Shown here: positions 24,480 to 38,900 of the stretch, one piece after another
Position numbering within the stretch: position 1 is the stretch's first letter
How the letters are laid out: every line of letters begins with the position of its first letter
NCBI RefSeq assembly: GCF_036321535.1
Contig: NC_087437.1
Span: forward strand, 97,900,001-97,964,000
From: Camelus dromedarius
Lineage: Eukaryota
Length of the DNA stretch: 64,000 nt
Reading direction: 5' to 3'
Program-made: the position numbers and the translations under genes
The notes under the pieces: model-generated
Databases searched by the model: none
Told to the model about the DNA's origin: nothing
What the model saw: the letters and a program-made list of their open reading frames with translations, nothing else

Positions 24480-25085
24480 TAGATCACTTACGGTGAAGTT
24501 TGCTGCCAAACTAATCTTCCCTAAACAGTGAATTTATCAAGTCACTCTCTTTGAATTTGTCAGAACTCATCTTTCTTAAGTCCTGATGCATCAAGTCTAA
24601 CCTTCTGCTAAGCTTTCAAGAATCTCCCTACACTGGTCCCTCACTTTCAAAGCCAAATATTTCTTGCTTTTCCCTTCCTCCACTCTGCTTTAGGGAGACC
24701 ACTCCCTGCCCACAAATAGATTCTCACCAGACTTTGCTCCCTTCCCATTACTCATGTTCTTCTCTTTGCCTGAAGCACCTTTCACTAAGATTTCTGCCTA
24801 CTCAAATCCAGCCCACTATTCATATATTCAGTGCTCGTTTCCACCACAAACATTTTCCAAACTAGTCTTTATCTATCCCAAACTTATGTAGGAACTTTCA
24901 CATGACTTTGGGTCATCATCACTTATTTAGCTCATAATTGAGTGCTGACTTTTTCATGTGAAATAAAGTGGTATATTCAATCAGAATATAGAGTCCTTCT
25001 AAATAGGTTGTCTTAGAGTTCTGCATCTCTTACAATCCTTAGTCTTGAACACAGAGGATTGATACATGTTAACTGATGAACTATT
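24480..25085 (+). mobile_element. Highly diverged L2 fragment
   Basis: CTGCCAAACTAATCTTCCCTAAAC, TTTGCCTGAAGCACCTTT, CTCAAATCCAGCCCA. Confidence 0.5.
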
Positions 25086-25617
25086 TGATTATAATTAGCA
25101 CTTTTTATATTCGTCCACCTTGTGACTTTAGCTATGAACCATATCTATCTTACTGGGTTAATTTATGCTACATACAAATTAAGATTCTGATTGTCATTCT
25201 TGGTTTTTGAAATAGTTTTTAAGTCTCTGTTTTCAAAACATGGAATTTGAGGGTGCTAAAGAAAATGCAAATTATGTTTTGTTAGCCAAAAATATATTTA
25301 TTTATAGTATCTTAGTTAATCTGAATTATTTAAGAAAAGGGAGACAGTCCCACTGAGTCAACATTCTGTTAGGGACTTCTATTAGAAGTCCCAATTTATC
25401 AGTCACAATCAGCTGATTAATGTTTATGTCTGATGACTTTTAGGTACTGCAGTAATTGATATGGAGATATCTATCATGAGAATTATACAGCAGTGAGAGA
25501 AAATAAACCAGTTTCTTTTTGTGGTTCATAATATTATAAAATAAATTGTTAGTATTTTTACATAATTATGGCTTCTAATTCCTTTGCTAAGATAAAATCC
25601 TAACCTGGTGTCTAAGA

Positions 25618-25643
25618 TATATTATATATATATATATATATAT
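25618..25643. repeat. (TA)n microsatellite
   Basis: TATATTATATATATATATATATATAT. Confidence 0.9.
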
Positions 25644-27921
25644 CATATAACTTTTTATCTTTGTCATTAACCATACTATTATTATTTACTTTTACAGTTA
25701 TTTTTTCTGGCAAAGGAGAGTTGTTCAGTATGCTTTAACTTTTAGCAGCTTATTACATTGCACAAAGCAGGCTCAATTTAATTATATTAAAATGACATTA
25801 GCAAAGTTGTCTTGGTGGCCCAGATTTTTCCCCAGATTTAGAGTAGAAAATACACCCCATTGATTTAATTATTATCTTTTTAATATGAAGATCTCATCAT
25901 GTTCATCCTGTGAAATTTTAATGGTTTAGAGACTATGTAGGGGAAGAGGATATATGTAGAGTGAAAGAACAAATGTAACTTGAAGGTTTGAACAGTGAAA
26001 TATATAATGACCAGCAGGTGTCTCTGTTACACAACGCAGTTGAGGTTCTGGAGGCTTTTCTAACATTGATCCTATTTTACATCTCGCTAAATTCTCTTCA
26101 ATTTTTACATTTAAATTTTCTTTCTTCTTCCACACCACTTGGATATACCCTTATTCCTCATATCTCCCCTTAATCATGGCTCTACTTTTTATTTTCTTTT
26201 AGACATTGTATCCAAAATTAATTTTTTAGTGCCCAACTTCTGCCTTCTTTCTGTAAATTCTCTTGTACCATTTTTTAGAATGAGGGTTAGATTAAGACCT
26301 TTAGAAGTCGTCAGGACTGAAAAGATTGTGATATCACATCTTTATATATATAATTAGAGTAAACTGTAAAATAATGGTAAGGAAGTTTGGAAAAGTTGCT
26401 CTTTAAAAAAACACTAAAAGTTAAACAATAGCATATGACAGTTTCCTTAGAATATAAAATGAATTTTTTTCCTTAAAATTTTAGGTCTATATTGAGGGAT
26501 TTCTAATTCTGGTTTGTCTTTTGTGTCATCTGTCAGCATCTAAGAGAGAGGGCTAAAGTGAAACCAGAATTATGCAAAAGACCCCTGCTAAGAATTTTCA
26601 CAGACCGGACCTACAGGAGTAGATAAAAGGGGCTGAGGGAGAGCAGAGAGAAAGCAGAGGAGGAGTAAATGAGTATACCTAGGCATTGCCAAAGGGAATG
26701 TAATTTCTACATTCTTTCAAATAAAAATCTAACATTTATTGATAATTTATTATGTGCTAAACTTTGCATATATTCTCTCAGTTTTTCCTCACTATAACCC
26801 TAATTGGTGCTGTGATGAATCTCATACTAAAATGAATAACCTGAGACTTAGAGATAAGTTGCAAAAAGTTCTGCCATAAGAGGTTGGCTAATATTCTTAA
26901 CCTCTTTGCTATATTTTTAGAAGGCAGTCTGATACTATATTTTTTTTAATTAAAATTTTGCATGCTCTTTGGCTTAGTACTTCTAAGATGTAAAGAAATA
27001 AAAAAAGGATAAGTACAAAATATAGCTACAGGTTTTCATTAGAGACTTTTATAATATTTGCCGTGAGGCTTCTTCGGACTTGTCAGAAGAATGGGAGACT
27101 GATCCAATAAGAATTACATTATGAAGAAGGAAGAGGAAAGAAGCAGAGTTACTGTCCTGTAACTAGCAGATCTGGTCCAGATGCCATCACAACTCTAGCA
27201 GACCCTTCTCCTGTTGAGATGAATAACCTCTAACATACTCTTTCTGTACTTGATTTAAAACTCCAGATTCTAAGTCCCAGGAGAGGGCCTCCAACTGATC
27301 AGATTTAGGTCACATGCCAACACCTGGCTGTTGAACCTGGAAAGATAATTTCTTTCTTTTGGCTTCTGTCATAGAAGACAGTCTCCTAGAATTTTTCTCA
27401 CCCAAGACTTAAACCAATGGAAAAGAGTTACTTCCCTAGTTGGAAATTAGGGTGCTGTTTGGGAGAGGGAATGAATTTGCGAAAACCAAACATAAAAAAG
27501 GGACAAATGAACACAGAATACTTTAAAATGGAATATCTAGCAATGGAGGGTTGATGGATTAATTATATTATGCCACATTAATCTAATAGAATACAAATGA
27601 ACAATTAAAAATGAAGTTGTGCAAGGCTATTTCTTGACATTGAAAAATAATCATGATATACTGATAAATTAAAATTAGATGAAAATAAAAACAATATGTA
27701 ATGTATTAATCCTTTCTTGTAAATATACACACAGAGTCACAAATATGCATTCCTTTATGTGGAGTTAGGAAACACTAATTCTTAGTGGAACTAAGCACTT
27801 TCCTAAAATTGCCCACCTGCTTTTTCTTCTTTTTAACAGTTTGTACTTCCTTTTCTCGTGACTTCTTTACTAGGTCTCTCATCACTTTATCAGTTCCAGT
27901 TAATCTTTGGTGAAGAGAGGG

Positions 27922-27940
27922 GTGTGTGTGTGTGTGTGTG
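27922..27940. repeat. (GT)n microsatellite
   Basis: GTGTGTGTGTGTGTGTGTG. Confidence 0.9.
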
Positions 27941-29649
27941 ATCTTCTAGAATTATAACTTTCCCTTCCCTTTGTCATTTATTCTGTGTGTATATATGCCT
28001 ATGTAAATAGGTGCAGAGGCTGATTTAGGTCATGTGGACTGTGCCAGGAAATCATTTGTGAATCATTGAGTAAGAATGATTATCATCTGATTTGAAATAG
28101 TTGGCAAATTTCGGTGGTTCTCATTTCTTTGCCTTCTTCATGAATTATTACTTTTTCTATGAGGGAGATGCAATCATACTGTTTATTGAACTTATAGGAA
28201 CACTGAGGAAATGAACATTTGTAAAATGTGTTTTAGGCAAATTTTATTGTAAAGGCTTTAGATCGTGATGATAAATTTCCATTTATAAAGATTGCTCATT
28301 TTCCACCATCTAATTTATCTTATCTTGAAAATACATCTGAAAAGAGCTTGAGACACACTCTGACAATGCATGTGGGATCATGCTTATGTTTGCTAAATGG
28401 TTCTTCTAGGGCAGTCCAACTGTTACTCTCTGCAATGACTCACCATCTAAATATCTCCCCGACTTGTACTGACATGTGACTTGTAGTTATCTAGGTGATT
28501 AGTGTGGAGACTTATTTGTTAGAGTAAATGTAATTTTGAGTCTTTTTGCTCTCCCTGTTCAGCTGAGAATGATCTAATTCACACAGACTTTCTTAGTGCA
28601 CCGTAAGTTGTTCCAGAAGTCACAGCTGAACATGTTTTAAAGTTAGAGTACAATGTTAATGAAGTCAGGGAGATGGACTTCATAGTCCAGTTAGGAGTTT
28701 GTTGTGTTCCTGTTCTCAGGGCCTTAACTCCATGTAATCATTTCTCAGATACGTACTGCAGGAGAACTGGGTTGAAGTTTGCCTGTGGATTAGTGGAAAT
28801 CAGGTACCAATAATAGAAAAAGGAATCAAGATGAATATTATCTTCCTTATGTGAAGCTCAAAGTATTTTATGAAACAAACTACTCAATAATTTTGAAACA
28901 AATTCCTTTTCTTACAATATGCAATATTATTTAAGAAATAGCAACTGAAACAGTTGAATGAGTTGTTAGAAAATATTAGAAAAGATTTAAGAGTCAAAAA
29001 TCTAGGAGTGCTTAAAATCTCATTTGGGCCATATATTCCTTTGTCTGCCTGCAAGCAAGATAGAGTTAACCATCCGAGAAAAATTTGCTCTCTCCTTTAT
29101 AACTCTGATTTCACACGTCTTCTTAATAACACATTGAAGGAGAATAAAATCTTGTTAATGTTTTGAAAATTTGTAATTGAAATAATGAAGAGAAAATGTG
29201 ACTGATTTTTACTCTTTTTTGCAAATATATTTTCTATAGTGTTTTTGGTTTACTTTTTTTAATGGCATCTTTCAGGAACATGGTAAAATGGAATCATAGA
29301 ACACATATGTTGTGTACTTGAAAGCAATTAAATAATCAGGGCACTGAACCAATAATGTGTAACTATATGTTTATATTCTGTCTGCATAAATTAATATTTA
29401 TGTAAATATATTTAAATAATGAGTCTAATATTTGTATCACTTTGAGTGTGAAGGCAATATTGGGACAAAACATATTTTGAACAGTTTTCTATATTACATC
29501 ATTTGGAAAATATTTTGTAGATAATTTCCCCAACTCCTGTTCTTTTCCTCCATAAAATCCCTTCTCCAAGTTATAACAGTCTGTATTTCAATGTGGAAAT
29601 AGGGAATTAATAGGTATTCCTCTTAAATTTCCATATATAACAGTTAAAG

Positions 29650-32600
29650 AGGATGTTTCCAGCAGGATGCCTGATTAAAACAAATAAACAAATATGTGAT
29701 TATCCTCTTGCAGCAAACATGGATAAAATATAGTAATTTTTAAATGCACAAATGAGCTCAGAAGAAGAAAAGGAAATGCCAGGGTGCCAAAAATAGAGGC
29801 AACTGGTCCCTGAAATGCTCGGAGCACTAATTCATCATGCCATTTATGGAAATCTCAGTCCTGGTAACCAAGGAGTTGGATTTTAAGACTCATATAAGGG
29901 CTGGTCATGAGACCTGGGATTTTATGGGCCTTAAGAGCCAAGAGCAATACAAAAGCTAAGATTCTTGAAGAGCTAAGCTATTGAGAGAAATAATATACTA
30001 AGGGGAAAAAAAAAAATCCATATCCAGCAGCAAGGGAGCTTTCTCTAAGACCCAAGTGAAGAAGAAAAAGTGAAACACAACAGCAGTGGTCTTTTCTGAG
30101 AAATCAAAATCTCTCCTTCACTTTACGAGTTAGGGAGCCAAATTTATACTTTATTGCTGACCCTGAAACTCCAGACTGAGAGATTAACATAAAAATTGGC
30201 CACAGGTTGGGGATACTCTTGAATCTCTTGCAGAAGCCTTTGCAAAATCACACTGGAATTAGACTACATATTTGAGGTCACAGAGAAATCCACACAAAAA
30301 TGGCAAAACACAGGAGATGATAAACAGAAGTAGAACCTCCAGAACTTTGTAGAACAATCTAAAAGACTAAATTTTTTTTTGAAGGCAGAAAAGAAAAAAT
30401 TGAAACAATAAGAAAAAAATGTTTTTAAAAAGAACCAAATAGAAAATGCCTAGGGAAAAAAATGCCTCACTTGTTTATAAGAATAACAGATAGATTAACA
30501 AAAAATTCATTAGAAGAATATAATAATCTTGAACTAGTATGCACTAATAACATAGCCTCAAATTATATGTATTTATGTCCATTTTTGTTTCAAATATAGT
30601 AAGGACTTTTAAGCCCCATTCAGTTAATATTATACTAATGAAATATTAATAAGACTGTAGAAGACTTAAGCATTTCAGTTAACCTTCTTAACCCATGGAC
30701 TTTTACAGACCCTTACCCAATATTTATAAAATATATATCCTTTTCAAGAACACATGGGATGTAACAAAATTAATTATGTTCTCACCCTGAAAAAAGTCTC
30801 AAAGATGAAAGTGCATCAGTATTATGCATGCAACATCCCCTGACCAGGTAAACAAATAAAAATAATGAAATAAATAAAAATTAATATACATAATACAGAA
30901 ATGTAATCATAATTCCTTATACATTAGGAAATTAGCACAATATATTTCTAAATTATTCATGAGCCAAAGGAGAAATTAAAATGTAAATTAGAAAATATTT
31001 AGTACTAGGTAGCAATGAACACATTATATAACAAAACTTATCAGATGCTGCTCAAGCAGTAGTTAAAGGAAATGTATAAACTTAAATTCATTTGAAGAGA
31101 AGTCAGTGTGATAAATAATGAGTGAGGCATTCAACTATAGAACTTAGAGGAGGAATAAAAATAGAAGGCAGCCTCAAAGGATATAAAAAAGATTAGAAAA
31201 TTAATGAAATTAAATAGAAACAAATGAATAATAAAGATCATCAAAAGTCATATACCAAGTTCTCAGATCCATGTAGGTTTATTTATATATGTTCTAATGT
31301 TTTCTTCTTTTTTCTTTTTTTGGTCTGTCTCTGACATTGTTTTAATTACCACACATTATTATAAAAGCTATTGTAAGCAAGACAAAGAAGGCATTACCAA
31401 ATTAGTAGAACCAGGATGGACTATTCAATAAATGGTACTGTGATATTTCCATAGCAATACCTATGGAAATCTATAAAACTAGACACTTATATGTCACCAT
31501 ATAAAATATATATATTCCAAATACATTATATACTAAATATAAAGAAAAAGTAAACATTTTTAAAGAACATGCCTTTATGCTCTTGGAGAGGAAATACTTT
31601 TGTAAACAAGATAAACAGAAACTTTAGAGGAGTAGCAGGTAAACAAATGTGCTCAACGCCATTGAGGAAATGCAAACATTAAAATCACAATGAGATAGCT
31701 CTTGTCTTCCACTAGAGTGTCTACAATTAAAAGGACTGACATACCAAGTGCTGATATTGGTGTGGAGTATTTGGAACACTCATACACTGCTGGTGGGAGT
31801 GTAAATTGAGATAACTACTTTGTGAAACTTCTTGTTAGTTTCTACCAGTTCTAAACAAATGCCTATGTAGCCTATGATCAATCAAATCTACACATTAAGG
31901 AATTTTTGCAGCACTTTTATTCATAGTTCTAGTGTTCCCCTCACTAGAAACAACTCGAATGGCCACCGACGTGAGAATTAATGAATTATGGTAAAGAATG
32001 AAGTTTTGCTACTCACAACATGGATGAATCTCACAAAATGCTGAGCAAAAGAAACTAGATACATGAATAGACATTGTATGTTTCTCATATGATATTTGAG
32101 AGCAGGCAGAACTAATCTGTCATGGTACTTTTACAGAAAGAATTCACAGGGAGAATACACAAGGAAACTGGCTATGGTGCTGGAAATGTTCCCCACCTTG
32201 ATGAGTGTAGTGAGTACACAGGTATATAGATAAGTAAAAATTCATTGATCTGCACACTCAAGATTTGTATACTTTAATGCTACTTTCTACCTCAAGAAAA
32301 AAATTAAAAAAAAAAACAATTTATCAATTGGGTTAACTAAAAATGTGAAAATACAAGTGACAAGATTCACAACCACGTAACCAACAATGGGTTAGTATTC
32401 AAACTCTATAAAGATTTCTGAAAATTAATTAAAGAAAAAAAGCACAAACAATTCAGGCACAAATAGGCAAAATACACAAATAGGCAACTATTAGCCAGTG
32501 ACCATCAAGCTGAAAAGCTGTTCAGGCTAACTAATAGATCAGGGAGGTGCAAATTAAATCAAAGTGAAATATCATTTCACACCCATCAGATGGACAACAT

Positions 32601-33270
32601 TAATTGGTCAGGTACCACAAATTTTGGCAAGACATCAGTTTCTAGGAGCTCTGAGGGATTTCTGGTGGGTGTACATACTGATATACTTGGGAGAGCAATT
32701 TGGCAATTCTAGGAAAGCTGAAGATGTGCATAGTAATAATCCAGTAATTTCATATCTCTGTCAACAACCTAGAAACATTTCCCCAAATATTCTCCCCAAA
32801 ATTCAAGTATAGACTATATACAATAGAGAAAGAAATGGAAAAACCTGTCACTCAATGGAGATATACATTTTATGTTCTATTTTTACAATGTAATATAATT
32901 TCTTGATTAAAATAAGTGAATATATAAAACTATCTCAGCATATAAATTTGTTACAAATGTAATGAGTAAAATATAGTGTGATAACACTTTTGTAAAATTT
33001 AAAACAAACAATAGTATATATTGTTAATATACATATACATGTGTAATACAATTGCAAAAATTATTCATGAGAACAATATACACCAAAACCAGGATAGTAA
33101 ATCTTGAATGGAAGAGGATGAGATTTTTACAATATCTATAATTTTCTATTAAAAAAAAGACCTAAAATAAATAGATCAAATGTGCTAATCTGTTATATTT
33201 ATGTGAAGGGCATGATATTGTTTTCTGTACTTTGGAGTTACTTCATAATTTAAAATTTTAATTAATCAAA
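29650..33270 (+). mobile_element. Cluster of old L1 fragments (L1M5/L1ME), with an L1MD/ME-type 3' end at ~31630-32315
   Basis: A-rich; ORF2 remnants AAAAGAACCAAATAGAA, CAAGAACACATGG, GATGCTGCTCAAGCAGT; 3' end GGAAATGCAAA...CTGCTGGTGGGAGTGTAAATTG...ACATGGATGAATCTCACA. Confidence 0.7.
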
Positions 33271-33583
33271 AAGAAATGAGCCTAGACTATGACTTGAGTT
33301 TCCTGTAAATTAACTTTTCTTGGATTTGCTCACATATTCCCTCACAAAGTTTATAAAACAAGAGGGAATATTAATACAAGGAATTTTTCATGTCCTGTAT
33401 CGTCGTATGTTTTTAGACCTTTCAATACTAGAATACTTTCTTCTAGGGACAGTATAGTGCAGAAAAAGGTGTGTCTTGGGAGAAGAAATTGTTTTCCAAT
33501 CCTAACTTTTTTTATTCCTAGATGAATCCTTTTACTCTGCTGTATCTTGGTTTTCTTATTTGTAAAATAATTAGTTTGGATTA

Positions 33584-33987
33584 TGTAATGGACTGAATTG
33601 CTTTTCCCCCAAAACTCATATGTTGAAACTCTAATCCTCAGTACCTCAGAATGTGACTATATTTGGAGATACGCCTTTAAAGAGATGATTAACCTAAAAT
33701 GAGGCCATTAACATGGGCCCTGATTCAATCTGACTGATATCCTTGCAAGAAGAGGAAATTTGGACACATAGAGATACCAGGGATGCGTGAGCACTGAAAA
33801 AGACCATGGGAGGGACACAGCAAGAAGGCAGCTATGTGCAAACCACAGAGAGGTCTCAGAAGAGACCAAACCTGCCCAAATGTTGATCCTGGACTTTGAG
33901 CCTCTAGGCAGTGAGAAATTAAATTTCTTTTGTGTAAGCAACCTGGTCTGTGGTAGTTTGTTATGGAAACCCTAGCAAACTAATCCA
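33584..33987 (+). mobile_element. Solo MaLR LTR (MLT1B/MLT1A-like) with 5-bp TSD GATTA, inserted in a MIR
   Basis: TGTAATGGACTGAATTG...CCTCAGAATGTGACT...CCTAGCAAACTAATCCA; GATTA at 33579-33583 and 33988-33992. Confidence 0.9.
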
Positions 33988-34514
33988 GATTAGATGACTG
34001 CTAATGTCCTTTCAGTCCTAAAATTCCACTTTTGTTTTAAATGTTTTATGTCCTGCTTGTTTGTTTTTCTTTTTCTGCCTCTAGATATTTCCTACGAATT
34101 GGTGGAATCCCATTAGCTGATGATGTAGAACTCTAACATCATAAATTTTAAAACTACTTACTCAGTTTTGGTGTATAATTCTTCATTAGTATATTTGATG
34201 TTTCAAGTCAGAACCAGTGCCTGAGGATTAAAGAATGGATTTTTCTGACCTTTATCTTTTGTGTGATTATTACTGGTAAAATATTGATAAAGTCTTTATG
34301 ATTAAACTCTTCAAATGTCATCATTTTGTTTCTACAATTACAGTCTCTTCACATTTCCAGTGCCTTTATTTTCAGATACTCTCCATTTCACCTTTTTTAA
34401 TATAACATGATAAATTATAAAAATCTTATTGCATTTGGTTTTGTTGTAGGTTCAGTCATGTTTTTAGGATGCATAAGGTAACGTTGCATATTTTCATGAT
34501 GGCACAAAAAGCTT

Positions 34515-35476
34515 ATGATAATCAGGACTCCTTGGAGAAATGATTGATTCCAGAACTGGAGTAGGAAATATACAAGATGAGTATGAACCATTTTGTAGTA
34601 TCAGAAACCACAGAAATGCTCACAAAGAAACAAACAAAACCCATATTGATGGGAATGTGTCAAAGGAACCGAGGAACCAACTGAAAGAACTCTTGATGGC
34701 CAAAACTGGAACAATTTAAGTAAGAAAATGAAGTAACATTGGATTATAACACAATGTATAAAATAAATGTTTATGAGACCATACTGGTATAATAATGCCA
34801 AATGTAATAAATGAATGAATAAATAAATAATTGTAGGAGAAGGAACAAATCTCCTATGTACAAGAACTCCAATTATTTATGTAGCTACTCTGCCCTCAAG
34901 GAGAGGGAGCATAACTCCCCATCATTAAGTGTGGGCTCACAGTGACTTCCTTCCAAAGAGGACAGTATGCAAAGTGGGGACAAAGAGTAACTTTACAGTG
35001 GAGAAGCCTGGTGATTAAGATCAACACCGAGTCAGCCAGGTGATTGAGACCAATACCAACAGTCATAAATCATGTTGATAGTGTGTACCCTTGATATCCT
35101 ATGATGAAAATGGCACTTTACCTCTGGGGTATTCTCCCCAGACCCATAACTCCAGTATAATCATGAGAAAAATACCAAATTCCAGTAGAGGAGTATCCTA
35201 CAAATTCTGACCAATACTCCTTAAAGCTGTCTATGTTGTCAGGCAGAAACAACAGGAGCCTAAGGAGTCCCAACAGCTAAATGTAATGTGGCATCCTGGA
35301 TGGGATCCTGGAGCTCATCCCAGGGCATTAGGTGTTGGTTGAGTAATTGCAACAAATGTACCGTACTAATGTAAGACATTAATACAATGAGAAATTGAGT
35401 CTGAGTCTATGTACTGTTTTTCTTAATATTTCTGTAAGTCTGTGTCTATTTTAAAAAATAAAGTCTATTAAAAAAA
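34515..35476 (+). mobile_element. L1MC3/L1MD-type 3' UTR
   Basis: CAGGACTCCTTGGAGAAATG, GAGCATAACTCCCC, GTGACTTCCTTCCAAAGAG, AATGTAATGTGGCATCCTGGATGGGATCCTGG, ends AAAATAAAGTCTATTAAAAAAA. Confidence 0.8.
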
Positions 35477-35739
35477 TGAACTTAGACTTTAAACCTAAGG
35501 ATTATGACATTTTGAGATAAGTGCTGATGATAATATTAAAGAAAAAGTTACAGTACCTCTAAAACTTTGTGAGGGATGATATGGGCATTGTTAATGTAGT
35601 TTAATTAGCTTTCCAGAATAAACTTAATTTGAGGTTTGCTTTCCAAAAAAAAAAAGCTTCGAAATCTACCCTAGTTTCTGATAGATGACAAAGCTTTTGC
35701 CTAAAACTGCAAAATTTGAGGAAATGCCGTTTAGTGAGA

Positions 35740-35940
35740 CATTTTATATTTCAATTACTTCTCAGTTTTGAAATTTGCCTTTACAAATGTGGTATAGTTA
35801 TCATTAATTCTCACTTGCAGACGGGGAAACTAGTACAGAGATGTGCTCAATGTCGTAAAGCTAACAGGACAGAATGGAGACCTGAGGCCAATCTTCTCCC
35901 AGCTGAAGGTCTGGTCCACCTCATCAGTGGTCACCAAATA
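35740..35940 (-). mobile_element. MIR SINE
   Basis: ATTCTCACTTGCAGACGGGGAAACTAG...AGAG resembles MIR core antisense. Confidence 0.55.
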
Positions 35941-38900
35941 TTTTTATGGCACACACTTATCAGTAATATTTTGAGAAGCACCCCCAAGTATAGGCTTGTT
36001 TGTATTGTTTGTAAATCATATGTGTGTACTTTTAAATTAATTTAGGGTAAAGTGTAAAGCATAAAGTATAACAAATATGTATAGGTTGATTTCTATGTTT
36101 TCTACATAACAGGTGATTATTTGTACAGCCTGTACTTCTGATAGCAACTATGTTGTGGCCATTCTCATAAATAATTCTACTGACAGTCTCCTCTTCTGTA
36201 ATTCATTAGAGAGAAAAGGTGCTAATTCTCAAATGCCTCATAACTCTCTCTCCTCATCTAAGCCGACAGCAGCTCCCCAGGGACTTTTCCTTATCAGCTC
36301 AAAGCTGTTTCCACCCTGGACTGGGTATAAAGTTTTTACAATAAAAGGTTTCTAATATTTTTTTTTTTAAATTTTGTTCTTGCATCAAGCTTTAACATGA
36401 ATTATTGGTGTCACTCATTATTGTACTAAACACTGTTCGACTTTTTATTATTCAGTATACCCAACACACTGGTCTCTGGATTGCACTTGCTTTCTCCAAA
36501 GCCGGTGACAAACCAAAGGACATAAACGTTAGTGCCATTGTCATCTTCATAGACAATTCTGCCTCAAATATTGTTCCTCCTAAATGAAAACAGACTAAAT
36601 ACAGCTTATGTCAAAGTATGGCGGTGTGCATCTGTCCTTAGGGTGCATGCTGAAGACACTATTTCTGTTTCTCCTACTGTCCCTTCAAACTGCTTGGCGA
36701 AGTAGTTGTACTTTTCACCCTATCAGATATCTTGGACTTCTCTCATAACTCTTCTATTCTTTCTGATTATAAAAAAACTCTGATCACTTTCAAACTAAAA
36801 AAACAATCTCATTTTAAGTGCTAGATTCAATCCAGTATATTGGTACAAATTCTCCATTTATAGTGAAATAACTTCTCTCTGCTCTGCTTCCTGCTGTGCT
36901 TGGAAGCCACAACATGGAGGAGGTAATGGCTTTGTTCTTGGATTTTTCTCTCCTTCCCGGCTTGGAGCTTTGCTGCCTTCTGCTCCGGGTTGTCTCTGGC
37001 CCTTCAAGGTGGGGAGGTGGTTGGAAAGAAGGCAGGAGGAGGAATATATTCAGTTTTCAGGTTTGAGGTCACTAGTATTCCTCTCTTCCTCTTCTTATTC
37101 ATTTCACTGTTATTCTCAAATCTGCTTGACCCTTTTCCACACTCAGAAATTTCAGCTTGAGTAATTTTTAAAAAGAAGTTTTAAGGAAGTAGAACTTTTG
37201 GGCCTGTGGACATGGTGCTGTCTAAGCACGTGGAATTTTAGATAAACATGAAATAGAGAAGAAAGACATGGTAAATGGGCTTTGATCACTGAGATCTTAG
37301 GTTCTCGAGGAAGAGAATCATAATGGATCACTAGAGGAAAGGAAGCAAAGGGCATGAAGAGTAGAGCTTGAGTGGGTGGACCTGGGTGCTGGAGCTAAGG
37401 GTGCTGCCTCAACTCACAATACTCTGCTTTCAGTCAGTTTGGGACTCCCTCCATCCCTCTGGAGTCTGGTCAGGCTTCTGCGTAGTTTCTCCCTCACACA
37501 AGAGAAAAGATCATGGAATATGATGAGAATTCCTATTTGCCGAGCTTTATATGATGCCTAAACTTAATTTAATGAAAGACAAGATATTCTTTACATAATT
37601 TGTACACAATCAGAAATAAGGCTTAAATGCAGATTTCCCAGGAACAATTGCAATGATTAAAGCCATTCATAGTCAAGCGTCAATGATTATATAAAATCAG
37701 TTTTTGAAATGATGGTGATAGAAGGAGAGAAAGACCACTGGACTTCTGATGGGTGACAGAGGACAACATCCAACATCTGGATGGAGAAATGGCACAAAGA
37801 TATTTAAGGAGACCAAGACTGACTCTTTTTACCACAGCTGCCTTTGGATAAGTAAAAGCTTTTCCTGAGATACGTGATATTTTACATGGGTCATGTCCCA
37901 AATGTTCTGTCTCAAAGTACACAGCAATGGATGTAAATGGCACCGGGAGAGCCAGATTCCCTGTGGACAGTAATTCTGATTCTGAAGAACACATGCAGTT
38001 GCTCACCCACACTGCTGGATTGAGAAATGAGGTCTTGAGAATTACCAAAGAAGTGCTTTCAAGATAATAGAGCTTCGCAGTGTTCCATCGCCAACAGGGG
38101 AACAGCAGGACGGATGGTTTTCCTGCTAACAGGACTAAACCTCTAAAACCTAACAATGACAGAACTGAGGCTTTGGAGTTGTTTTAAGGAAAAAGCAATG
38201 AAAACTAAATTCCTGTCACAGTTCCCAGCACTTGAAGATCGACATTACTTACTTGTGTTTGTGTTTTATTTAGTTTTGGCGATGCTGGTAAATGTCACCC
38301 GGGGGATCGCGTCTTCATGACAGGAGGGAAGCAGAGAGGTAAAACGACTGTGGAAAGTTGGGTGAGGTTTGCAGCCCATGCATACATTAGCACAGGCAGT
38401 TCTTTCAGGAAGTTGCTAAGGAAGTGACAGTGCTAAAAAACTGCTTTTGAAATAACTTTTGGAATAATTCATTCTTTACGTTGGATTCTTTCACCTGCAG
38501 AATTGTCATGATTCTTGGCTCCCTCATTATTTGTAATTTCAAAAATTTTTTCAGCTCATTTAAACTTCTAGCAGTTTTCACCTGCAAGCCAGGCCTCTTC
38601 TAATATTTACTTACCTTATGGAAAGGCCAAACTTTAGTCTTTTACTAGACACAAAATTGAAGGGACATTGTTTTCTGTGCTCGCTCGCCTCTGCCATCAG
38701 CACTGCTGATAGTGATTCTGTTGCCTGTGTCTATTCTGGTCACTACATCCTGACACCAGTTGTCTTGGATATCATGTAGTTTTTCCCCCAACTCAATAAA
38801 TAGATATGGAAAAATGGTGGTATTCCTGTTTGGCATGAGGTAATAATGTCGTATTTGATTTGTGAACCCCAAAATAGAATTTTGAAGCAAAGATAGGTAA

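Noticed and set aside
36460..36590. Possible minus-strand coding exon after a TTTTCATTTAG acceptor
   Set aside because: One open frame but no recognisable protein match and only a weak donor; kept only as part of the repeat-poor block finding
37680..38156. 158-aa minus-strand ORF
   Set aside because: Non-ATG start, no recognisable domain, no supported splice structure
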